Made by a program: the position numbers and the translations under genes. A stretch of DNA of 64,000 nt, from the NCBI GenBank assembly GCA_030390025.1, contig CM059432.1:43836001-43900000 (forward strand). Reading direction: 5' to 3'. The notes under the pieces are model-generated. The model did no database searches. It was not told the origin of the DNA and was given only the letters and a program-made list of their open reading frames with translations. Origin of the DNA: Squalus acanthias (lineage: Eukaryota). The stretch's first letter is position 1. The number at the start of each line of letters is the position of its first letter. Positions 40,353 through 52,136 of the stretch are shown here, one piece after another.

Positions 40353-42283
40353 TTACAATATGAACGAATCACCCTTGTGCAATCCCTTAGTGCCTGTCGT
40401 TCGTGTGCCTTTTCCTACTTTAGTGCTCCTACGCAGTGCTCCCAAAGTGGCTGCAGCATGGCTGGTGGAAGGCTGCTGAGTTTCCACGGGGGAGACTACA
40501 GATGGCCTTGCAGGACAACCTCGACCAGATGTGGACTTAGAAGGCCCGGCTGTAGACTGCACCACCTTGGTATGGGCGGGAGCAGTCTGGGCTGGTTGGC
40601 TGACAAGCAATGGCAAGGGCAATGGCGGAGTGGCAGTGGTGAGAGTAGGCTGTCATCTTGACAGAGGACAGCAGGTTCTTGCTCCACAGACTCACTGCCA
40701 CTCCACCGGTGCAGCACCTCAGCATTCCTCGCAATCTGTTGTAGGACAGATTGCTGGCCTGCTATGACACCCTGTAAGCTCCTTTCCACACTGGTAAACC
40801 CAGCCACGATGGCAGCAGTCTGAGCTTGGGTGGCAGCAAGTTGAGACTGCAGGAGTGCAGTCTGAGCTTCCACTGCAATACTGAGACATTGGGTCGCTTC
40901 CACCTGTGCTGCAATGGAAGCCGCAAAATCGCCCATCACACCCAGCATCATGGCTGGGTCCACAAGGTCTCTCCTGGAGTTGTCCATCATTTCCCACCTT
41001 GAAATCATGAGCTCCAAGCTCTGTGCAAAACCCTGTCCAATGTTGGAGCCGGACTCCTCCATGGTCCTTGACATTGTCAAGAGGGTCTCTGGCAGGTTTG
41101 CCATTGCACCTAGTATTTTGGTGTGCATGTCCATCACGCTTCTTCTGAAGGCCGCCACATCGAGGTCATCATCTGAGGCATGTGCAGCAGAACCTGTGCG
41201 CGAATTCGCCTTCCGGGGAGCTGGCCCTTGAGCTACCCTTTCCCTCTGGCCTTGCTGCAGCCCACTCATGCCCAGTGCCTCACCATGTGCAGATCCCGCC
41301 TCTATACTACCCTCTACATTCCACGCAGTACCAGTTTCTGAGCTGGTGTCTGCAAGTGTCAGATGCAGTGACGGTGTCCCTTCCTCTTCTACTCCACTCC
41401 CCTCCATAGCATGAGGAACAGGCTGGCCTGCTGGCCATTCTTAGGTATCTGAAAGCAGAAAGGCACAAGAGTCGGGTTGTGGTAAGGTGAGGGGGGATAG
41501 CGGGGGGGGGGGGAAGCAAGATATCCATGGATACAGCATAGGCAGCATGTAAGTGAGAAGAGATTGTGGGATGAGGTGGAAGTGAGATGTGAGAGGAAGG
41601 ATTAGGAATGAGGATACCGTCATTGTCAGCAACGGCTTCAACTTCTCCCATTGCCATGGCCTCGGTGACTTCCCCTCCACGGACTCCTCCTGTTGGCCCA
41701 AGGTCTGCACAGCGGCTTGGCTGCCTCCCGTCTGCCATTTTTCCCAATGGTTGTGAGCCACTTTGGCCTGCAAGAGAAAGGGAAGTGTGTCAGTGAGTGT
41801 AGTGCAATGTGTTTGGGTGATGTGCCTTCCATAATTGAATAGCTGTCAGTGTGTAGAAGGTGTGAAATGTGGGTGTTAGTGTTGCAGCAGTGGTAAGGTT
41901 GTGAGGGTGAAGTGAAGCTATGATTGTGAGGTATGAGTGGTGATAGGTAGAGATTGTTAGTAGGTGAGTGATGGGGTGTGGCGCATTGAGCAGTCTGGTG
42001 CAGATGATGGGCTATGGCATTTCCTGAAACCTTCACTCACCTTGACCTGCCGTGTGAGGCCATTAAACTTCTTTCGGCGCTCCATCCGTGTCCATGGCAC
42101 AAAACTGTTGGCCGTGACGTAGGTAGCTACCTCCTGCTAGAGCCTTCAACTGGTAGCCTTTGATGGTTTCCTGTCACCCTACGGGAACAGGACACCCCAC
42201 CTTCTCTCAACTGCCACTACCAAGGCCTCGAGTGCAGCATCCGAAAATCTTGTGGCTCTCTCTCTGGGTTGTTGCTGTGCCAT
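40353..42283 (-). pseudogene. 3-exon Myb/SANT-like gene of H4 (42041-42283, 41618-41767, ~40353-41448)
   Basis: MAQQQPRERATRFSDAALEALV...RKKFNGLTRQVK|gtgagt with three in-frame stops; same intron positions as H2. Confidence 0.85.
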
Positions 42284-42661
42284 GGCTTCAGGCTGACTGA
42301 CAATGAGGCGCTGCTGCATCAAAGCACCTCCCCTTTAAGTAGCGCAGGGAGCCTAGGCCTAAAATTATTGGCCATTAGACTGCACCTGATATTGGCCCAT
42401 CCTGTTGAGTGCTAAGCCAAACAGCAGCGTGTTTAGCACTGAGATCAGCGCTGCAATCATTATAATGAGCAGGTAGCATGAATGTTGCATGCTGCCTGGA
42501 TAACTTTCAACGGGCGCAGGCAAATAGCGTTGGCCCTTGACAACGCCCATTTTCGGGCCGATATCCTGTTTCTAGGCCAGCATGTCTACACCACGAAGGA
42601 GGGAACAGAAAAGGCAAAAAGTGAAACCTTAAGGTAGGACAAGCAAAACCAGAAGGGTAAG

Positions 42662-43822
42662 GTATTTGGATTTTCAGAAGGCATTCGATAAGGTGCCACA
42701 CAAGAGGTTATTAAACAAAATTAGGGCTCATGGGATTGGGGGTAATATACCAGCATGGATTGAGGATTGGTTAATGGACAGAAAACAGAGAGTAGGAATA
42801 AACGGGTCATTTTCAGGTTGGCAGGCTGTAAATAGTGGGGTACCACAAGGATCAGTGCTTGGACCTCAGCTATTCACAATCTATATCAATGATTTGGATG
42901 AGGGGACCAAATGTAATATATCCAAGTTTGCTGATGATACAAAGCTGGGTGGGAATGTAAGTTGTGAGGAGGAAGCAAGGAGGCTTCAAGGGGATATAGA
43001 CAGGCTAAGTGAGTGGGCAAGAACATGGCAAATGGAATATAATGTGGAGAAATGTGAAGTTATCCACTTTGGTAGGAAAAACAGAGAAGCAGAGTATTTT
43101 TTAAATGGTGAGAGATTTGGGTGTCCTTGTACACGAATCACTGCAAGTTAACATGCAGGTACAGCAAGCAATTAGGAAAGCAAATGGCATGTTGGCCTTT
43201 ATTACAAGAGGATTTGAGTATAAGAGTAAAGACGTCTTACTGCAATTATATAGGGCCCTGTTGAGACCACACCTGGAGTATTGTGTACAGTTTTGGTCTC
43301 CTTGCCTAAGGGAGGATATACTTGCCATAGAGGGAGTGCAACGAAGGTTCACCAGACTGGTTCCTGAGATGGGGGGATTGTCCTATGAGGAGAGATTGAG
43401 TAGACTAGGCCTATATTCTTGAGATTTTAGAAGAGTGTGAGGTGACTTCATTGAAACTTACAAAATTCTGACAGGGCTTGACAGGGTAGATGCAGGGAGG
43501 ATGTTTACCTGGCTGGGGAGTCTAGAACCAGGGGTCACAGTCTCAGAATAAGGGGTCGGCCATTTAGGACTGAGATGAGGAGAAATTTCTTCACTCAAAG
43601 GGTGGTGAATCTTTGGAATTCTCTACCCCAGAGGGCTGTGGAGGCTCAGTCGTTGCGTCTAATCAAGACAGAGATCGATAGATTTTTGAATATTAAGGGA
43701 ATCAAGGGATATGGGGATAGTTCAGGATAGTGGAGTTGAGGTAAAAGATCAGCCATGATCTTATTGAATGGCGGAGCAGGCTCGAAGGGCCAAATGGCCG
43801 ACTCCTGCTCCTATTTCTTATG
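42662..43822 (+). mobile_element. CR1 LINE 3' part
   Basis: DFQKAFDKVPH, PQGSVLGP, FADDTK; 3' stem-loop tail. Confidence 0.92.
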
Positions 43823-44256
43823 TAAGTGGTACCATTGTTTTTGTTCAGGATCCATTGTCAGATGTACTGACAGGGAACATGTTATAGATAGCAGGATTGA
43901 GGGCGTGTTATAAAGATACCTAAAGGAGGTACTAGGATCCAAAATAATGGCCTGAATTTTGCGGTGGGTATGATGGCGTACTCAGAGAGTACGTTGTCAT
44001 ACCGCCTTTGAAATATACCGCAAGTTCAGGATTTCCGCATGCGCTTCCCACAACTGGCGAGTTGCAGCGGCAGCTCTTTCACAGAACCGACACAGGCACG
44101 ATGGGCTGAATGGCCTCCTTCTGTGCTGTATGATTCTATGATTTTTCCCATGTGTTTTAAATCTATCCACATAGCGTGTGATTTTTTTGTGTTGATTTTC
44201 CTAGGGCTTCAGATAGGGGTGCAATTGTGGTGCATTCTCAGTGAACTGGACCTAAT

Positions 44257-44947
44257 GGGCCAAATCATCACGGAAAAATAACAGCATGTTAACAACACAC
44301 GCCATTATTAATGCACAAACGGGCCAGCAAGTTCAGGGAATGAAAAGATACGGTGTGAGTTGAGAATCCTTCACACCACTCCTCCGTTTGCCTCTCACAA
44401 ATGCCATCTCGCCCTTAGCCTCCCCGTTAATTTTAAGAACTTGCTGGATTGGCACATAAATTGCCCATTAAACTCGCCGCAGAAAGTTAAGGTTCATAAT
44501 TCATAGCATAAGTACCTTTTTCAATGATAATTGTGAATGCCAATCAATCTCTCCGGCCGAGAAGGGGAACAATCTAAAATGTTGAATCTCATTCCTGCAT
44601 GTAATAACTTTTTTCTTACTTTTCCTTTCTGTCTTTTTTTCTCTCTGTCTTAATCCAATCTTCCTTTCCCTCTCTTTATTTTTCTTTCTGTACAAGATTT
44701 GACTCCAACTCACCCTCTTTCTCTGTCATTCCTTTTTCTTTCTCAATCCTTAAAGCTCACTGATTAAGGAGATACACTGTTGTCCCATCGTTCAGAGGTC
44801 CCAGATGCCCCGTTGCCCTCGCCACGATGTTATCAGCTCGCACTTCCAGCGAGTTACGGCGCAATACATATCGAGCTGAAGGGTGCAGGAAAATGTCTAA
44901 CTCATGGCGCACGCCTCGAGATGCCCCGCTCCAGCAAGATTTGGCCC
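44257..44947. mobile_element. Harbinger-like MITE
   Basis: TIR gggccaaatc / gatttggccc; flanks aat/att. Confidence 0.65.
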
Positions 44948-45609
44948 ATTGTTTCAGACTAGTTTCATTTATAAGCCCTGAGGTTGACAATGAGCTGATT
45001 TTCGATGCGTGTTAATGCAATGCTCAGCAGCTGACAGCAGGAAGTAGCAGTTAATGAACTTGTACAAGAAGGATTTTATTTGCACAAGGTGATCGGCTTT
45101 TCACCATTTGAGCGAATTTTAGCTTCCTCTGCATAAGACCTTGCAGAGACAGACCACAAACATTGTGAAAGGAGTTAACCAGCAGTGATTCGGAACCATG
45201 TAAGAGATTACAAGAATCTAGGAATAATTGTCAGGTAGCGAGACATTGCAAAGGTGCTAACTATGAAACCATTCATATGTAGAAGACCAAAAGCAACAGC
45301 AGATGGACCTTGTTCTGAATTCATTTCATGGTCACTGAACTGAATTGAACTGTTGCGGGTGCACTTTTGAAAAATACAGTCTGATGTTTTGAATTGGACA
45401 GTGTTGTCATGCTGGTTAAACATATGTTTCAGCATCTTTTGGTTTAAGCTCATCACACCACCAATTTAGTAGACCCTACTCCAAAGCTGTGTTTTTATTC
45501 ATTCCTCCCCACCCGATTGCCTTCACCCCGGGCTCTCCTATCGAACTAGCTCAGACACTGATCGATCTTGCTGCCCCCCCGGGAACGGTGAGCTGCCTCT
45601 GGGGCCATG

Positions 45610-45950
45610 ACCGGTGCCAACCACTCGCAGGTAATGAGCAAATGAGGCTGACGGACCAATTTGACATGGTCTTGTTGCCGACCTCATTATGCAATGAGGA
45701 GTGCAGAAGAACATGCCAGGAACAGCACCAGACGTACCTAAAAATGAGGTGCTAACCTGGGGAAGCTGCAACACAGGACTACATGCATGCTAAACAACGG
45801 AAGCAGCATGCTATCGACAGAGCTAAGCGATCCCACAATCAATGGATTAGATCAAAGCTCTGCAGTCTTGCCACATCCAGTCATGAATGGTGGTGGACAA
45901 TTAAGCAACTAACAGGAGGTGGAGGCTCCATGAACATCCCCATCCTCAAT
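45610..45950 (+). mobile_element. Internal fragment of an L2/CR1-group LINE (probably family B)
   Basis: KLCSLATSSHEWWWTIKQLTGGGGSMNIPILN tether-like region; its end (ccatcctcaat) overlaps the 5' end of the copy at 53855. Confidence 0.6.
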
Positions 45951-47017
45951 CCTTGTAGGCTTACACAGCACTCATATATTGTACACATCAAAATGAGTCT
46001 TAGTGCAAGTAAGGCAATGCAACACTTCACAACAATTCACGTACGGACCAGGGTCAAGCAAGGCTGTGTCATCGCACCAACGCTCTTCTCGATCTTCCTT
46101 GCTGTAATGCTCCATCTCACCCTCAGTAAGCTCCCCACTGGAGTGGAGCTAATTTATAGAACAAACGGGAAACTGTTCAACCTCCGTCGCCTCCAGTCCA
46201 GATCTAAGGTTGTCCCATCCCCTGTCGTCGAATTACAGTATGCAGACGACGGTTGCGTCTGCGCTCACTTGGAGGTCGAACTCCAAACCATTGTCAACAC
46301 CTTCACCGAAGCGTACGAGAGCATGGGCCTTACACTAAACATCCGAAAGACAAAGGTCCTCTACCAAGCTGCCCCCGCCACACAGTACTGCCCCCCGATT
46401 ATCAAAATCCACGACAAGGCCTTGGACAACATGGACCACTTTCCATACCTCGGGAGCCTACTGTCAACAAGGACAGATGTCGATGACGAAGTCCAACACC
46501 GCCTTCAGTGTGCCAGTGCAGCCTTCGGTCGCCTGAGAAAGAGAGTGTTTGAAGACCAGGACCTCAAACCCGGCACTAAGCTCATAATCTACAGAGCAGC
46601 AGTGATACCTGCCCTGCTGTATGCCTCAGAGCCATGGACCGTGTACAGCAGGCACCTCAAAGCACTGGAGAGGTACCACCAACGCTGCCTCCGCAAGATC
46701 CTGCAAATCCATTGGCAGGATAGGCGCACCAACGTCATTGTTCTCGCTCAGGCCAACATCCCTAGCATCAAAGCTTTGACCACGCTCGATCAGCTCCGAT
46801 GGACGGGTCACATTGTCCGCATGCCCGATACGAGACTCCCAAAACAAGCGCTCTACTTGGAGCTCCGGCACAGCAAGAAAGCCCCAGGTGGGCAGAGGAA
46901 ACGCTTCAAGGACACCCTCAAAGCCTCCTTGAAAAAGTGCAACATCCCCACTGACACCTGGGAATCCCTGGCCCAAGACCGCACAAAGTGGAGGAGAAGC
47001 ATCCGGGAAGGCGCCGA

Positions 47018-47234
47018 GTCTTTGGAACTCTCTTCCTCAGAGGGCGGTGGAAGCAGAGTCTTTCAATATTTTTAAGGCAGACGTAGATAGATTCTTGGTA
47101 AGCAAGGAGGTGAAAAGCTATCGGGGGTAGGCGGGAATGTGGAGTAATCGGATCAGCCATGATCTTATTGAATGGCGGAGCAGGCTCGAAGGGCCGAGTG
47201 GCTTACTCCTGCTCCTAATTCGTATGTTTGTATG
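47018..47234 (+). mobile_element. Short CR1 3' fragment inside the RTE ORF
   Basis: CR1 tail stem-loop; removing it rejoins REGAE-HLESLRQ. Confidence 0.85.
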
Positions 47235-47430
47235 AACACCTCGAGTCTCTTCGCCAGGAGCAAGCGGAAGCCAAGCGCAAGCAGCGCAAGGAGCGCACGT
47301 CAACCCAAGCACCCCACCCACCCGCCCCTTCAACCACCGTCTGCCCCACCTGTGACAGAGACTGTAGGTCCCGCATTGGACTCATCAGTCACCTGAGAAC
47401 TCATGTTTAATGTGGAAGCAAGTCATCCTC

Positions 47431-49266
47431 GGTGAAGAGAAAAAGATTGGTGAAGTCAAGCGTAGGTCCCTTGCAGTCAGAATCAGGGGAATTTATAATG
47501 GGGTACAAAGAAATGGCTGACCAATTAAATACATACTTTGGTTCTGTCTTCACAAAGGAGGACACAAATAACCTCCCAGAGATGTCGGGGAACATAGGGT
47601 CTAATGAGAGGGAAGAACTGAATGAAATCAGTATTTGTAGGGAAATGGTGTTAGGGAAATTGACGTGATTGAAGGCCGATAAATCCCCAGGGCCTGATAA
47701 TCTACATCCTAGGGTACTTAAGGAAGTGGCCCTAGAAATAGTAGATGCATTGCTGGTCATCTTCCAAAATTCTATAGACTCTGGAACAGTTCCCATGGAT
47801 TGGAGGGTAGCTAATGTAACCCCACTATTTAAAAAAGGTGGTAGAGAGAAAATGGGGAATTATAGACCGGTAAGCCTGACATCGGTAGTGGGGAAAATGC
47901 TAGAGTCCATTATAAAAGATGTAATAGCAGAGCACTTGGAAAACAGTGACAGGATCGGACAAAGTCAACATGGATTTACAAAAGGTAAATCATGCTTGAC
48001 TAATCTACTGGAATTTTTTGAGGATGTAACTGGTAGAATAGATAAGGGAGAACCAGTGGATGTGATGTATTTGGACTTTCAGAAGGCTTTCGATAAGGTC
48101 CCGCATAAGAGATTGGCGTGCAAAGTTAAAGCACATGGGATTGGGGGTAAGGTACTGACTTGGATAGAAAACTGGTTGGCAGACAGGAAGCAAAGAGTTG
48201 GAATAAACGGGTCCTTTTCCGAGTGGCAGGCAGTGACTAGTGGGGTACCGCAGGGATCGGTGCTAGGACCCCAGTTATTCACAATATCTATTAATGATCT
48301 CAACAAGGGAACTAGATGTAATATCTCCAAGTTTGCAGACGACACAAAGCTGGGTGGGCGTGTGTGTTGTGAGGAGGATGCAGAGAAACTCCAGTATGAT
48401 TTGGACAAGTTGGGTGATTGGGCAGATGCATGGCAGATGCAGTATAATGTGGATAAATGCAAGGTTATCCACTTTGGTGGCAAAAACAGGAAGGCAGATT
48501 ATTATTTGAATGGCAATAGATTGAGAAAAGGGGAAGTGCAACGAGACCTGGAAGTCCTTGTGCACCAGGCGTTGAAGGTAAGCATGCAGGTGCAGCAGGC
48601 GGTTAAGAAGGCAAATGGTATGTTGGCCTTCATAGCGAGAGGATTCGAGTACAGGAGCAAGGATGTCTTGCTGCAGTTGTACAGGGCCTTGGTGAGACCA
48701 CACCTTGAGTATTGTGTGCAGTTTTGGTTGCCTTATCTGAGGAAGGATGTTCTTGCCATGGAGGGAGTGCAGCGAAGATTCACCAGACTGATACCTGGGA
48801 TGGCAGGAATGATGTATGAAAAGAGATTGGGACGATTGGGCTTGTATTCGCCAGAGTTTAGAAGAATGAGAGGGGATCTCATTGAAATTTATAAAATTCT
48901 AACAGGACTAGACAGACTAGATGCAGGAAGGATGTTCCCGATGGCGGGGGAGTCCAGAACCAGGGGTCACAGTCCAAGCATAAGGGGTAAGCCATTTAGG
49001 ACTGAGATGAGGAGGAATTTCTTCACCCAGAGAGTGGTGAACCTGTGGAATTCTCTACCACAGAAGGCAGTTGAGGCCAATTCATTAAATATATTCAAGA
49101 AGGAGTTAGATATATTTCTTAAGGCTAAAGGAATCAAGGGATATGGGGAGAAAGCAGGGACAGGGTACTGAATTTGGATGATCAGCCATGATCTCATTAA
49201 ATGGCGGAGCAGGCTCGAGGGGCCAAATGGCCTACTCCTGCCCCTATCTTCTATGTTTCTATGTTT
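47431..49266 (+). mobile_element. CR1 LINE with an open 500-aa RT region, inside the RTE 3' UTR
   Basis: ORF 47669-49171; (ctatgttt)n tail. Confidence 0.93.
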
Positions 49267-49585
49267 CCGAGGGACTGCCTAAGAAGAAGAAGACACAGCA
49301 CTCATATATTGTACACATCAAAATGAGTCTTAGTGCAAATAAGGCAATGCAACAGTTATAGTAACAGGTATGTGTAGACAGTTATGTACTGTTTGGTAGC
49401 AATATATAACCTGGGTTAAAGACCCTTCTTTGTGAGGGGAGGTAGTAGTGGTCACTGCTTGTGAGCGTTAGAGAGGTGGAACAACTAATACAGAGACTGC
49501 ACCTGGAAGTGGAAAAGTATCAAAATGTGTGAGTTCATTCCACCCTACTATTCAAACCCAAATACAAAATAACATAATTAACAGT

Positions 49586-49745
49586 CAGCAGGTTAGGCAG
49601 TATCTGTGGAGAGAGAAACAGTTAACGTTTCAGGTCGATGAAGGGACTCTGTTTTTCTCTCCACAGATGCTGCCTGACCTGTTGAGTGTTTCCAGCATTT
49701 TCTGTTTTTATTTCAGCTTTCCAGCATCTGCAGTATTTTGCTTTT
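49586..49745. repeat. Foldback repeat, possibly Penelope-like terminal repeat; other copies at 38332-38398 and 59200-59306
   Basis: 36-bp inverted arms 49586-49621 / 49649-49684. Confidence 0.6.
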
Positions 49746-49871
49746 TTAATATAATTAACTACTGTTAAACATGTAACTGATTTTAAAACATAAGTTATGT
49801 AAATCAAGACCATATACTTAAGTTGTAATACAAAAAAGTAACATTATAGTCATAAAAAACTACTTTGGAGT

Positions 49872-50698
49872 AGGGCTGGATTTTGTCAAGGGGGACGTGA
49901 TGGAGGCGGGACTCCCACTTTTTGGGTTGTAGTCCCGCCTCCATTGACTTGTGGCCAACCCACTGTATTTTCCCTTGATTGACCCGCCCAGCGGGCTTAG
50001 CAGGCCAATCAAGGGTCCCTTGGATATAGGTGACGTCAGCCATTGAAATTTCATCTGTCAAGAGCCTTTGACAGATGAAATTTCAGCGTTTGACAGCTCT
50101 GTGAAGCTTTCAAACACTGACAATATGATTTCTAACTTGAGTCCCTGTACTTAGACTCAGTTAGAAATCAATCCAGCACAGAAAGCAGAGACTGCAGCTT
50201 TTGACAGCTCCGCGGCCATTCTGCTTTCTGTGCCGTGGATGTGAGGGACTCCCGACACCTTAGCTTGCAGGACAAAGTTAAGGTAAGTACAAGTTCTTAA
50301 AACACTTTACACACACCAAACACACTTACCTCTGCACTCATGCACCCATCACTCACCTGCACACCGGACATCTCGACCCCTCCAAGCCCTCCAGACCGAC
50401 GGTCCGCCTTGCTAAATCGGCGTGGTTCGAACCTGTCGGGAAGCCCACACTTCAGGACCAAAAATAGGGATTAGGCAAAAAACTGCCTGTTAACTACCTG
50501 TTAACAGGCAGTTTATTGGCACTAATCCCCTTCCCGCCTCGGGGAGGCAGGTCCCAGCACAGGTCGGGTACCCGCCTCCTGTGAAACTGGCATGGAGGCG
50601 GGTTGGGGGCGGGATGGGTTCGGGACCCCCGAATCTGCTATTTTCCCACCCCACACGCCTCCAAACCCGCCTCCACGGGTCAATGAAAATTCTGCCCT
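49872..50698. mobile_element. Harbinger-like MITE
   Basis: TIRs agggctggatttt / aaaattctgccct; TSD agt/agt (or TA if the ends are shifted by one base). Confidence 0.7.
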
Positions 50699-52136
50699 AG
50701 TATTAATGAACAACTAACAGATTAGCATTTTCAGCACTTACACTACAGGGTGTGGACTGCAGAACTGCACAGTAAATTTTCCATATTACTGTATATAGTT
50801 TCACAGAACAGGCTCCCACATAAATGAACAGGAAAAATTTGGTGTTTAGAAAAACTGTGCATTTTATAGGCACACATTTAAATAGGCAGGGCTAATATAA
50901 ATACTGCTGTTCTGGAGAAAGTGGGCTGCATGTCTTCAGGCAGTTGTTTATATTACTCCCAATAGGCTCCAAGAAGGGAAGGGGAGGGGGAAGTGCAGCC
51001 TTCTGAGGCACCAACATTTACAAAATGTTAAATAAGGCCTTCCAGGTCTACAAACCTTATTGAGTGGGTATTTGCATTTAGGGAGCATGTTTCTTCTGTG
51101 ATGCCTCACTTTAAGCACCTCCAATCTAACCTATTCCATTTCCTCCTCCTCCTCCTCTTCATAACATAGGAAAAGGGGTCCCCATTGGGAACTCCATGGT
51201 CTCTGTCCAAAACTGAACTGTTCACCGAGCTGGTGAAAAATAGCAACAAAAGTCCTGAGAAAACCTCCAAACTACTAAACAGATTGATATGCAGACAAAA
51301 TAACATCAACGTTCAGTCGCAGCAAACAATATGGCCTCTTCAATGCAGCATTTGTCTCGGAGATACCATAGTGGTGCTCTTACCTCCACTTATAAGTTGG
51401 TGCTGATTTTGGTAAAAATGAGTTGGAAGGTTTAGCTATTTGACTCCATATAAATGTGACGGGGCAGGGCAGGATTTAAAGGACATTGGCATTTTTATTA
51501 AAAGGATAATTCTGATGAATGTTACACCAACAGTAAGTAATACTGCACCATTTTACTCCATTTATCGCCCTAAAAACAAAAAACAGATGATAATTCAGAG
51601 GAAAATCCAGCCTTAGTTCTCCCTAAAGTAGCTGCCATTTCAGTAAAATACTGAAGATTATAATGGTAGATGGGCATTGGTGGTACTTTAATGGTCATGG
51701 CATGAAAAGAGAGCCTCAATCATTACAGACATTGCTTTAGTCTTGGCGTATGACATTTATGCAGATTTAGCTACAGTAAATAAATGCTTCGATGACTTAT
51801 GTGGGAAGTTAACTATTTCTGTACTATAGTTATTTCACTTGGGAGTGGGGGAGGGAAGATTGGGCTACTGGAGCATTGGACAAGATCATTCACCATGCAG
51901 CAGCTCTTCTTAACTTGACTTGTCCATGACATCACCGAATCAACCTTTAGCGTTCTGGCACATAATTTACCAAATGAAACGGCCTTTGGAATTGGTTTTC
52001 AGTCAATCAGAGACCAATTTACCGAAATGGTCGGTGGGAAATATGAGGTTTGGAAAAACCAGTAAGTAAAATATTTTTAACATGAAAACTGTAGGAAAAA
52101 GATGAAGAATAGATGGAATACCAGTTACAAATTTGA

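Larger units (their letters stand above)
38589..42578 (+). mobile_element. Uninterrupted, near full-length (3990 bp) PIF/Harbinger element H4
   Basis: TIR ggcctagaaa / tttctaggcc; TSD agc/agc; convergent transposase and Myb genes. Confidence 0.92.
46025..49292 (+). mobile_element. 5'-truncated RTE-clade LINE with 62-bp TSD and two nested CR1s
   Basis: VKQGCVIAPTLF, LQYADD, FPYLGS, QLRWTGHIVRM, C-terminal CPTCDRDCRSRIGLISHLRTH; (aag)4 tail; TSD 45963-46024 / 49293-49354. Confidence 0.92.

Noticed and set aside
45783..47075. 430-aa ORF as a novel fusion gene
   Set aside because: Accidental read-through of a LINE fragment, the TSD, a truncated RTE RT and a CR1 fragment
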